A DNA stretch of 64,000 nt from IMG/VR virus record IMGVR_UViG_3300027759_000044, one strand, 5' to 3'. Below the pieces are notes generated by a model. The model was not told where the DNA came from. It did not search any database and saw only the letters and a list, made by a program, of their open reading frames with translations. Below, piece after piece: positions 45,159 through 54,533 of the stretch (positions are counted from its first letter, which is position 1; the number at the start of each line of letters is the position of its first letter). Source of the DNA: a virus. Its lineage: Duplodnaviria > Caudoviricetes. The translations under genes and the position numbers were made by a program.

Positions 45159-47582
45159 ATGGCTCAACAAAATATAGATTTCGGTACCTTCCCGGATGAT
45201 CCAGATGCAGATGCTATTAGAACGGCATTTTCAAAAGTACAGAACAATTTTACTGAATTGTTTGCTACAACTACTGCCGGTAGTGTAGTTTCAGTAAACG
45301 GGGGTGCAGGTATTTCTGTTAACACCCCTACAGGTAATGTAATTGTTACTGCCAACCTTGCACAAGTAGTAGTTAGTACAAGTTCATTAAGAATTGGTCA
45401 AAATAGTAACGGTGGAACAACTGCTGTCATTAATAGTTCTATTCAAACATTAGTAATTGATATTAATCCAGCAAATGTTTTCTCAGGTAACTTTTCTGGT
45501 GTAAGTGGTGCATTAGCAAATCTTAATGGAACATTAACATCAAATTCTAACAGTCAACCTAATATTACAAGTGTTGGTACATTGACTAGTTTATCTGTAA
45601 TAGGAAATATTTCTTCAGGCAATGCTAATTTAGGTAACGTAGTAATAGCTAATTATTTCACCGGAACATTAACAACTGCCGCTCAACCTAATATTACAAG
45701 TGTAGGTAATTTAAGTTCATTAAATGTTACTGGAAATATTAGATCATCATCCTATATAGGTGGAAATATAGCTACAACCGGGGCAAATGCGATATTTATA
45801 GGTGATGGCTATTTGTTAAGTAATTTAACTATTACTGCTGGTAGCTCTATTATTAATGGTAATAGTAATGTAGTAATTCAGGCAAATGGTAACGTAACTA
45901 CCAGTGTAGCTGGTAATAATGATATACTAACTATTACTGGTACTGGTGCTAATATATCAGGTACGGCTAACGTAACTGGTAATATTAGTGGCGGTAATGC
46001 TAATTTAGGTAATGCGGTAACTGCTAATTATTTTATTGGTAACCTTTACGGTAATGCCAATACAGCCGGCACAGTAACAACTGCGGCACAATCAAATATT
46101 ACAAGTGTCGGGACATTAACTAATTTAGGTGTATCAGGAAATGTTATAAGTGGTAATGTGTATGCTAATAGTGGTTTAATTAAAGCACAATATCTATCAG
46201 GAGATGGAAGTAACCTTACTAATTTAAGTGCCGGAATAACTCTTGTTAACGGAAACAGTAACGTCAGTATTCCAACTATCAATGGCAATATTAATATGAG
46301 TGCTGTTGGTAATGCTAATGTAGTAGTTGTGACAGGAACAGGAGTTAATGTATCCGGAACTATAAATGCCACTGGTACTATTACTGGAAATTTCAGTGGT
46401 AATGTTATAACGGCATCACAAGGTAATATTACTAGTTTGGGTAACTTAACTAGTTTAACCGTTAACGGAATAGCTAATTTAGGTGCAGTGGGTAATGTTA
46501 AAATTACGGGAGGCTCCAGCAACGGTTATTTATTTACTGATGGTGCCGGTAATTTAACATTTGGATCAATTGTTAATACTCCTCCCGGTGGAGCAAATAA
46601 TGATGTACAATTTAAAGATGGCGGAACATATCAAGGTAGTTCTAACTTTACATTTAATCCAACATCAAATCTAGTATCAATCACTGGAAACTTATCTGTA
46701 ACCGGTAATGCTAACGTTGGTAATTTAAATGCTACACTATTAACCGGTACACTAACAACAAATAATCAACCTAATATAAAACAAGTTGGTACTTTGGATT
46801 ATTTAATTATTAATACGACTGGATCTCTTGGAATGGGATCTGGTAATATTACTGCAGGAAATATTAGTCTTATTGCTGCCGGTAGTGCTAATTTAGGTAA
46901 TTCAGCAACTGCTAATTACTTTATTGGTAATTTTTACGGAACAGCTAATACAGCAACTAGCGCAACAAATGCTTCAGCCTTATTACAAAATACTTCTACT
47001 GCTACTACAGTTTATCCTATATTTACAACATCATCCGCTAATGGTAATTCATCAGCAGTATTCAATTCATCAATAAGTGCTAACTTAAGTAATGCGTCTA
47101 TTACAGCTACTACATTTGTTGGTGCACTTAGCGGGGCAGCCACAAGTGCAACTACAGCAGGTACTGTAACAACTGCTGCACAAGGCAACATTACAAGTGT
47201 TGGCACATTAACAAGCATGACTTCAAGTGGTAATGTTCAGGGTGCTAATCTTATTGCAACCAGCTATCATATTCGTTCAGTTAATGCGGCAGTTTCAGCA
47301 GCCGGCACAGTTCAAGGAAATGCTACAGCATTAACTACTGAATTTAATAGGGTATCAACTGTTGTTAGTGGAGCCGGTGTTGTGTTACCAACAGCAGTAG
47401 CTGGTATGGCAATATCTATTGTCAATTCTAGTGCTAACTCATTGTTAGTATATCCAGCAACAGGCGCGGCAATTAACTCATTAGCAACAAATGCTGGTTA
47501 TAGTCATGTAACATTAGCAACATTACAATACATAGCAATATCAAGCACACAATGGTATACAGTAGGTGCTTCATACGCATAA
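45159..47582 (+). CDS. Baseplate-anchored fibre protein (gp9/gp10-like N-terminus)
   Basis: IDFG..PDD..ADAIRTAFSKVQNNFTEL anchor motif; six Q(P/S/G)NI(T/K)(S/Q)(V/L)G.L repeats. Confidence 0.7.
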   Translation: MAQQNIDFGTFPDDPDADAIRTAFSKVQNNFTELFATTTAGSVVSVNGGAGISVNTPTGNVIVTANLAQVVVSTSSLRIGQNSNGGTTAVINSSIQTLVIDINPANVFSGNFSGVSGALANLNGTLTSNSNSQPNITSVGTLTSLSVIGNISSGNANLGNVVIANYFTGTLTTAAQPNITSVGNLSSLNVTGNIRSSSYIGGNIATTGANAIFIGDGYLLSNLTITAGSSIINGNSNVVIQANGNVTTSVAGNNDILTITGTGANISGTANVTGNISGGNANLGNAVTANYFIGNLYGNANTAGTVTTAAQSNITSVGTLTNLGVSGNVISGNVYANSGLIKAQYLSGDGSNLTNLSAGITLVNGNSNVSIPTINGNINMSAVGNANVVVVTGTGVNVSGTINATGTITGNFSGNVITASQGNITSLGNLTSLTVNGIANLGAVGNVKITGGSSNGYLFTDGAGNLTFGSIVNTPPGGANNDVQFKDGGTYQGSSNFTFNPTSNLVSITGNLSVTGNANVGNLNATLLTGTLTTNNQPNIKQVGTLDYLIINTTGSLGMGSGNITAGNISLIAAGSANLGNSATANYFIGNFYGTANTATSATNASALLQNTSTATTVYPIFTTSSANGNSSAVFNSSISANLSNASITATTFVGALSGAATSATTAGTVTTAAQGNITSVGTLTSMTSSGNVQGANLIATSYHIRSVNAAVSAAGTVQGNATALTTEFNRVSTVVSGAGVVLPTAVAGMAISIVNSSANSLLVYPATGAAINSLATNAGYSHVTLATLQYIAISSTQWYTVGASYA

Positions 47583-47591
47583 GGAAAACAA

Positions 47592-48215
47592 ATGGTAACA
47601 ATAGAATTATTAACATCAATGTGTCCAAAAACAAGACGCTCTACGTTAGAGGGTTTTGTTGAGCCACTAAACACGGTGGCAGAATATTATGAGATGTTTG
47701 AAAATCCAAAACGTTGTGCTGGATTCTTAGCACAGATAGCACACGAAAGTGGTGGATTTAATGCTGTAGTTGAAAACTTAAACTATAGTGCAAAAGGATT
47801 GATGGGCACATTCAAAAAGTATTTCCCTAACGAAGAACTAGCAAAACAATATGAACGCAAACCAGAGATGATTGCTAATCGTGTATATGCTAATCGTATG
47901 AAGAATGGTGATGAGAATAGCGGTGATGGCTTTAGATTCAGAGGGCGTGGATTAATTCAATTGACTGGTCGTGATAACTATACAAGATTTGCTGAAGCAT
48001 TAGATATGAGTATTGAAGATACAGTTAGATACTTAGAGACACCAAATGGCGCTGTTGCTAGTGCTGGATGGTTTTGGGATAATAATAAACTAAACCAGTT
48101 CTGTGATAAAGATGACTTTGTTACATTAACAAAGCGTATCAATGGCGGAACTATTGGGTTAGAAGATAGAAAACATCACTATCATTTGGCATTAGAACAT
48201 TTAGGCGCACATTAA
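47592..48215 (+). CDS. Glycoside hydrolase family 19 endolysin
   Basis: FLAQIAHESG, FRGRGLIQLTGRDNY, AGWFW, RINGG. Confidence 0.93.
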   Translation: MVTIELLTSMCPKTRRSTLEGFVEPLNTVAEYYEMFENPKRCAGFLAQIAHESGGFNAVVENLNYSAKGLMGTFKKYFPNEELAKQYERKPEMIANRVYANRMKNGDENSGDGFRFRGRGLIQLTGRDNYTRFAEALDMSIEDTVRYLETPNGAVASAGWFWDNNKLNQFCDKDDFVTLTKRINGGTIGLEDRKHHYHLALEHLGAH

Positions 48216-48216
48216 T

Positions 48217-50796
48217 ATGGCACAACCAATTTGGAATACAACTGCTGGTTCTATTGGAACATTTCCTGCTACTATAATAATGGCAACGCAGTTATCAGCA
48301 TCACCTGTATCTCCCGCTACAACAATAACATATACATTATTAAGCGGTACATTGCCACCGGGTACAACTATTACCATTGGTGGATTAATAAGCGGAACCC
48401 CCACGTTAGTTACAGTAGACACTACTACTACTTTTACAATTAGAGCAACTGATAATTTATCTAACATACGTGATAGAACATTCTCAATAACTATATCAGG
48501 AACAGCTATTCCTGAATTCACTACACCGGCGGGAAGTGTTTTATCTACATTAGATAGTGTATGGATTGAATTACCAATTGAATATTCAAATCCCGATAAT
48601 ACTAATCAGATTGTAGTAGAAGTTCAAGAAGGTATTTTACCACCCGGTTTAGAAATTAATCCAGCTGGTGTAATTAGAGGATATGCTAACCCACCGACAG
48701 TTAGTGTTACATTAACTGAAGTAGAAACAAATGCTACTCTAACTGATGGTACTAGTTATTTGATAACATGTACAAGTACCACTCAATTCACAATAGGAAG
48801 ACCAGTAGTATTTACTTCTACTGTATTTGGTGGAATACAAAACGGAGAAACATATTATATTAAAACTATTGATAGTTCTACTACCTTTAGTATAACCTCT
48901 ACACAAAATGGTGATGTGTTTCCATTAACATCAGCATCTGGATCAATGACTGTTACACTCCCTGCTACATCATTTGGTCAACCTACTATTCGCACATATT
49001 CATTTATCCTTAGGTTATCAAGTAATTTAGGCGGTGATACTGCTACATATTCAATTACAGTAGTAAATCAAAATACTCCAGTAAGTCAAGGCGGCCCTGG
49101 ATATACTATTAATTCACGTATACCCACTATACTTAATACTAGACCTAAAACATTTATAATTACTGATAATGACCCATACAGTGGTTATTATATATTACCT
49201 CCAATAAGCCCTACTGTTAATGCTTTCATAGGTACAATACGTAGTGGAGAATACTTTACATTTAAAATAATAGGTTACGATTTTGACGGTAGTTCACTAA
49301 CATATGATTATGTTAATTTGCCAGTAGAGTTAACCGGAGATACTGAAACAGGGTGGATTACCGGAACACCTACATTAAATTCAACTGGTCTAAGTACATT
49401 TTCTTTTGCTGTAAATGTATATAAAACAGATAGTAGTAGTATAGGCACAACTAATTTTAATTTTAGTTATAATTTAAGTAATGAAATTACTGATACTATA
49501 ATATGGTCAACCCCTTCAGATTTAGGAACTATATTTAATAGTTCAATAAGTACAGTAAATGTTTTTGCTGTAGCCGATACTGAATTATCATACAGAATAA
49601 CTAGTGGATCATTACCTCCTAATTTGTTATTATTATCTAATGGAGAAATAACAGGTAAAGTAGCAGATCAACCCACAGACACTTTATTAGAACAAAATAC
49701 TGAAACAGTATTTACCTTTACTATTCAAGCATATTCTGCTTTATTTCCTGCGGTTCAATCTACTAAAACTTTTACAATAACGGTATTACAAGAATATACT
49801 CAACCAACAGATACACTATATATTAAGGCAGCACCTAGTATCAATGATAGAAATATTATTAATACTCTATTAACAAGTGAAACATTAATTCCTGAAGAAA
49901 TAGTGTATAGACCCAATGATATATATTTTGGTAAAGCAACTAGTATAGTATATGAGCATGCATATGGTATATATGCAAGTGAGATTGATGAATATTTGGC
50001 GGCTGTAACTCAAAATCATTATTGGAGAAATATTACTTTAGGTGAAATAAAAACTGCCGTAGCAAAGAATAGTTTGGGAGAAATAATTTACGAAGTGGTA
50101 TATAGTGAAGTCATTGATAACTTAGTTAATCCTGCAGGAATAAGTATTCAACAAGAAATTATTTGGCCAAGACCAATAGATTTAGGATTAGGTCCATGGT
50201 ATACTAGTATTACCGATATCCATGCTAGTTATGAAACTGTGTTAGGACAAGAGTATTATACTAGTTTAACACCTGGTTTTGCACAAACACTGTATCCAAA
50301 TAGTTTATTTAATATGCGTAATCGTGTAAGTCAAGTTGTAGGACAAGAATTTGATAGTCGTTTACTACCATTATGGATGACTAGTCAACAAGAAAACGGC
50401 GGTACATTGGGTTACACACAAGCTTGGGTAATATGTTATACTAAACCTGGAATTATTGTTGATGGTCAACTATTAACTTATGCTGAATTTAAAGCAACCG
50501 GGTTAACAAAGACACGTACTGAGGGTGGCGTAATTATAACAGACTATTTTAGTTCTGCGGAAACTATTAAAAACAATATTAACAATAATTGGCCATATAC
50601 ATTGAATCAAATCAACTTTAGAATTGATAGATTTAGTGTAGATAAGAGCGAAACCTATAATTATGATAAAAAATTAAATCCACCTGCTTGGACAGGATTA
50701 CCGAGTGCAACTCCTGTACCTAATCCAATAGACAGTGAAAATTTCTATGTATTGTTCCCTCGTCAAACAATTTTACCAGACGAATCTCAATACTAA
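48217..50796 (+). CDS. Virion structural protein with repeated Ig-like (He_PIG-type) domains
   Basis: Repeated SGTLPPG...G.I.G.P units (GTLPPG, GILPPG, GSLPPN). Confidence 0.75.
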   Translation: MAQPIWNTTAGSIGTFPATIIMATQLSASPVSPATTITYTLLSGTLPPGTTITIGGLISGTPTLVTVDTTTTFTIRATDNLSNIRDRTFSITISGTAIPEFTTPAGSVLSTLDSVWIELPIEYSNPDNTNQIVVEVQEGILPPGLEINPAGVIRGYANPPTVSVTLTEVETNATLTDGTSYLITCTSTTQFTIGRPVVFTSTVFGGIQNGETYYIKTIDSSTTFSITSTQNGDVFPLTSASGSMTVTLPATSFGQPTIRTYSFILRLSSNLGGDTATYSITVVNQNTPVSQGGPGYTINSRIPTILNTRPKTFIITDNDPYSGYYILPPISPTVNAFIGTIRSGEYFTFKIIGYDFDGSSLTYDYVNLPVELTGDTETGWITGTPTLNSTGLSTFSFAVNVYKTDSSSIGTTNFNFSYNLSNEITDTIIWSTPSDLGTIFNSSISTVNVFAVADTELSYRITSGSLPPNLLLLSNGEITGKVADQPTDTLLEQNTETVFTFTIQAYSALFPAVQSTKTFTITVLQEYTQPTDTLYIKAAPSINDRNIINTLLTSETLIPEEIVYRPNDIYFGKATSIVYEHAYGIYASEIDEYLAAVTQNHYWRNITLGEIKTAVAKNSLGEIIYEVVYSEVIDNLVNPAGISIQQEIIWPRPIDLGLGPWYTSITDIHASYETVLGQEYYTSLTPGFAQTLYPNSLFNMRNRVSQVVGQEFDSRLLPLWMTSQQENGGTLGYTQAWVICYTKPGIIVDGQLLTYAEFKATGLTKTRTEGGVIITDYFSSAETIKNNINNNWPYTLNQINFRIDRFSVDKSETYNYDKKLNPPAWTGLPSATPVPNPIDSENFYVLFPRQTILPDESQY

Positions 50797-50819
50797 ATAT
50801 ATAACGGAACAACAAAAAT

Positions 50820-52094
50820 ATGAGTACAATTAACACAAACGGCATCAATGTAAACTATCCTATACCAGGAGTGAATAACAATAGTCAAGGATTCAGAGAT
50901 AACTTTGCATCTATTAGAACTAACTTGAATACAGCTGGAACAGAAATTACAGACCTACAAAACAAAGTTGTAGTTAAGTCTGCACTAGCCAATTCTACCG
51001 TTAATAACGATATGGCTAATACTCTTATTAGCAATGCATTAACACGTAGTTTCCGTGCTAGTACTTATAATTTGGGCAACGCATTGTCTGGTGTAGTATC
51101 AGTAAATGTATCATTGGGTGACGTACAATATGGTACTATTGCAGGAAATACTATACTTCAGTTTACTGGATGGAGTCCTACTAGTACACAAAGTAATGTA
51201 CAACTTCAATTAGCTGTTTCAAACAATTTAGCAGTATTATCTTTCCCTAGCCAAGTTACAGATGGTGTAACTACATTAGAAAATTATGCTAATGTTGCTA
51301 ATACAAATACTGTTACCGTACCATATGGTGTAACCCAATTAGATTATAGATTCAGTACACTTGATTGCGGTAATACAATTACAGTGGAACCCTTTAATAA
51401 TAATAGAATAGCATCACAAATACAAACACGTAACGTTATTCCTACAGGAAATCAAGGTGATATGGTTGGTGATATTGCAACAAGTACTGGTTTAAATCAA
51501 TTAACTATTACTAGTTCAAACGTATCTGATTTTTTAAATACACCAAATACAACACAACTCTATACTGATATGCCAATAGTATTCACCGGTGTTACTATGG
51601 AAGCTAATATTACAGTTGGAACAACTTATTATGTACGAAATGTTTCTGCTAACACATATTTTACTGTTTCAACAACTTTGGGTGGGGCAAATGTTAACTT
51701 AGCAGGAAATGCTAGTCCAACACTTCCAATGTATGCTAACCCAGTATCATACCTGTACGTGTGTACGGATGATTATAACTCTACTGAATATGCTAAGTCA
51801 GCAAATGCTACTAACAGCACTGGTAATATTACATTAAATAATACCAATTCATTGGCTAATAATGTTCCTATTATATTTACTGGAACAACATTTGGTGGAT
51901 TAGTAGCAAATACAGTATATTATATAAAAAGCGGAACCTTTAATGCTTCCCCGGGAAATATAATAGTCAGTCAATCCAGAACAAACGGTGTAGCAGATAC
52001 CGCACTTACATTAACAACTGCGTCCGGTACATGTGTTGCTACAGCATACGTAGGTTCGGACATTTGGAAAAGAATCGCACTAACTTCTTGGTAA
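50820..52094 (+). CDS. Putative baseplate or fibre structural protein
   Basis: SQGFRDNF N-terminal coiled segment; two GG/EA..TYY(V/I) modules; C-terminal WKRIAL. Confidence 0.65.
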   Translation: MSTINTNGINVNYPIPGVNNNSQGFRDNFASIRTNLNTAGTEITDLQNKVVVKSALANSTVNNDMANTLISNALTRSFRASTYNLGNALSGVVSVNVSLGDVQYGTIAGNTILQFTGWSPTSTQSNVQLQLAVSNNLAVLSFPSQVTDGVTTLENYANVANTNTVTVPYGVTQLDYRFSTLDCGNTITVEPFNNNRIASQIQTRNVIPTGNQGDMVGDIATSTGLNQLTITSSNVSDFLNTPNTTQLYTDMPIVFTGVTMEANITVGTTYYVRNVSANTYFTVSTTLGGANVNLAGNASPTLPMYANPVSYLYVCTDDYNSTEYAKSANATNSTGNITLNNTNSLANNVPIIFTGTTFGGLVANTVYYIKSGTFNASPGNIIVSQSRTNGVADTALTLTTASGTCVATAYVGSDIWKRIALTSW

Positions 52095-52105
52095 TAAATA
52101 TTTGA

Positions 52106-52339
52106 ATGGAACATCCATTCATTTCATCTCTTTCAGACAAAACATTAGAAGAACTACAGGGTTCCATTACGGAACTAACCAAAAAGCTTAACTTTGCATA
52201 TCGTATGCAAAATAGTGCTATGATTCATCAACTTAATATGGTTATGGAAAGTTACAAAGCAGAATATGGTCGTAAAATGGATGAATTGCTTAAAAAGCAA
52301 GGTGATCGTACACAAATCAACATTCAAAAAGAAAGCTAA
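52106..52339 (+). CDS. Hypothetical coiled-coil protein
   Basis: 77-aa ORF after AATAAATA at 52093. Confidence 0.75.
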   Translation: MEHPFISSLSDKTLEELQGSITELTKKLNFAYRMQNSAMIHQLNMVMESYKAEYGRKMDELLKKQGDRTQINIQKES

Positions 52340-52341
52340 AA

Positions 52342-52944
52342 TTGACTACACGAATAGAACGAGAATTTTCATTTCAAGCAGGCGTTTATTTCAAAGAAGA
52401 ATTTTTAATGAACCTGTATACAATAACATTGTATATGGAAGTAGAAACAGAATCTATTAGAGAACAAAATGTCGCAATGGAACGAATAAAATACTTCCTA
52501 AATGAGTGTTTAGAAAATGGTATTTTTGTACAAGACAATGAACATAAAGTTATTGAAAAATATAGTACATGTGGATTCAAAGTCTGTACCGTCCCCGAAG
52601 AACCATATGACCAAATTATAACATTGTTATTACTAACGAAGCTCAACAGTATTACTGAGGGTAGACTAGTTATCACTGATATGACATTAGGTTCACGTAT
52701 AAGTGATGATGTTAGATTCATATGTGATATTGAAAGCCCACGTGGTCCGTTAGAGTTGCCCGGATGGTGGTCAGATAGTGGTACATCAATAGCCGACCCT
52801 ATTAAAAAATCAGTAAAAAAAGACAAAATTGTTAAACTGTTCAAAACACCCTCAACAGATTGGGCAGAATATAATTTGGTTTGGAAAGAAAAAGACCAAA
52901 TTGCTAATTGTGAAATTGTTTTTACAACCGAACACGAAAAATAA
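52342..52944 (+). CDS. Hypothetical protein, possible degenerate QueD-like T-fold
   Basis: IEREFSFQAG, YTITL, EPYDQII...KL, LVITDMTL pattern; Zn-binding His absent. Fold call is inference. Confidence 0.65.
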   Translation: MTTRIEREFSFQAGVYFKEEFLMNLYTITLYMEVETESIREQNVAMERIKYFLNECLENGIFVQDNEHKVIEKYSTCGFKVCTVPEEPYDQIITLLLLTKLNSITEGRLVITDMTLGSRISDDVRFICDIESPRGPLELPGWWSDSGTSIADPIKKSVKKDKIVKLFKTPSTDWAEYNLVWKEKDQIANCEIVFTTEHEK

Positions 52945-52986
52945 TTAACCAAATATATTGTATTTTAGTAACAGTTATGTTATAAT
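52945..52986 (+). promoter_or_regulatory. Class II (AACC-box) promoter for the DnaE-N / groES / gp44 operon
   Basis: TTAACCAAAT-ATA-TTGTAT 52958-52963, 17 nt, TATAAT 52981-52986. Confidence 0.7.
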
Positions 52987-52992
52987 ATACAA

Positions 52993-53499
52993 ATGAAAAC
53001 AGATAAGTATGGTCAATTAATTTACAATCAGCACGATTTGTGCGAATTGTTTCTACAAGATCCTACACGTACTATCACTAACGCACTTATAGATAACCCA
53101 ATTGAATTTAATGGATTTCTCTCATTAGAGAATTTACCCAATCTAAAACAATATGACAATTTAAATCTTTCCATAGAAGAATTTGATAAACAAAATCAAT
53201 CAAAATGGCATATGCCCAAAGAATATTATGAGTTTGATATTGCTAAATGGGTATTAGATCAATGCAAAAATGAAGCTGAGTTACAACGTGCCGGAGATGA
53301 ATTAATTAAGTTTCAAGAACGTAATATGTTTGTATTATTACAGTATTTAAAATACTTAGTAGATACTATGCGTAAAAATAATGTTGTATGGGGTGTAGGG
53401 CGTGGAAGTTCAGTGGCAAGTTTTGTATTGTTTTTAATAGGAATACATAGAATAAATAGTTTGTACTATGACTTATCAATAGATGAGTTTTTAAAATAA
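52993..53499 (+). CDS. dnaE: Miniature DnaE (Pol III alpha-like), GRGS half
   Basis: RAGDELIKF...LQYLKYLVD...WGVGRGSSVASFVLFLIGIHRINSLYYDLSIDEFLK* aligns with DnaE RLETEL...[35 protein letters not shown]. Confidence 0.85.
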   Translation: MKTDKYGQLIYNQHDLCELFLQDPTRTITNALIDNPIEFNGFLSLENLPNLKQYDNLNLSIEEFDKQNQSKWHMPKEYYEFDIAKWVLDQCKNEAELQRAGDELIKFQERNMFVLLQYLKYLVDTMRKNNVVWGVGRGSSVASFVLFLIGIHRINSLYYDLSIDEFLK

Positions 53500-53509
53500 G
53501 GAGAATATT

Positions 53510-53860
53510 ATGGCTAATTATAAAACAGCAATGGGTAAAGTTGTTGATATGTCGGCACTAGCTGCAAAGAATGAAAAAACTAGAGCAGTAGGGAACATGA
53601 AGGTTAATGCACGGGGTGATACCATTGATGCTCAAGGTCGTATTATAAAATCTGCGACAGTTAAAGCAAATGATTCATATAACAGAACTGTGGGTAATCG
53701 TTCTGCTCAACCAGTAAGACCTACCACAAAGCCATCGGCCCCAGCTAAACCAAAAATTGATTTTAGTGAATTAACTGAAATAGAACGTGAGATTGAAGAA
53801 TCTTACATAGATGATTTAGAAGTGGAACACATTAAAGCACAGGAACTTAAAAAGAAATGA
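53510..53860 (+). CDS. Hypothetical protein
   Basis: RBS AAGGAG; 116 aa. Confidence 0.8.
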   Translation: MANYKTAMGKVVDMSALAAKNEKTRAVGNMKVNARGDTIDAQGRIIKSATVKANDSYNRTVGNRSAQPVRPTTKPSAPAKPKIDFSELTEIEREIEESYIDDLEVEHIKAQELKKK

Positions 53861-54234
53861 ACCAATACAGTAAACCGGCATTTAGTCACACCAAAGCAGA
53901 TAAACTGACATTCTTTAGAGATCATGTCATTGTATCTGAGATGCATTTTGATGAACGTATTAGTACCGGAGGTATAATTCTACTAGATGATGATAAGAAA
54001 AGTTCAGGTATTCGTCCTCGTTGGGCAAAGATTTATGGTTTGGGTCCAGAACAGGATGATCCTCAACTAGAGATCGGTAAATGGGTTCTAGTTAGTCACG
54101 GTCGTTGGACAAGGGGTATTACTGTTGAGACACCTTCGGGTAAACAAACATTGCGTAAAGTTGATCCCGGTGATATACTATTAGTATCGGATGAGCCGAT
54201 GGAAGATGAAACAATGAGTGATAAGGTATTTTAA
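53857..54234 (+). CDS. groES: GroES-like co-chaperonin
   Basis: DHVIV...STGGIIL mobile loop...GLGP...IGKWVL; analogous to T4 gp31. Confidence 0.8.
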   Translation: MNQYSKPAFSHTKADKLTFFRDHVIVSEMHFDERISTGGIILLDDDKKSSGIRPRWAKIYGLGPEQDDPQLEIGKWVLVSHGRWTRGITVETPSGKQTLRKVDPGDILLVSDEPMEDETMSDKVF

Positions 54235-54533
54235 TGATAAATTGGTTTAGACAAAAATTACAAAACTTTTTGTATCCACAATATCCACAAGATAGTGAGT
54301 TAGTGGAATCAAAACCACATACCAGAAGAGGTGTTCTCGTTAGAGGGTCAAGCTTTGATAGTAGAGGAATGAGTTTTACTATTCATCAAGCTAGTGGAGG
54401 TTATGTTTTAGAATACTCATCTTATGACGAAAAGACAGATAGACCTAATCACAATCTACATATTATTCCTTCTGATCAGGATATGGGTCAGGGTATCGCA
54501 CACATCATCACATTAGAAATGTTAAGAAAATGA
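54234..54533 (+). CDS. Hypothetical protein
   Basis: TAATG and ATGA coupling. Confidence 0.75.
   Translation: MINWFRQKLQNFLYPQYPQDSELVESKPHTRRGVLVRGSSFDSRGMSFTIHQASGGYVLEYSSYDEKTDRPNHNLHIIPSDQDMGQGIAHIITLEMLRK

Noticed and set aside
47592-48215. GH19 as a true chitinase auxiliary gene
   Set aside because: Phage GH19 proteins of this size are established muramidase-type endolysins, and holin candidates are present.
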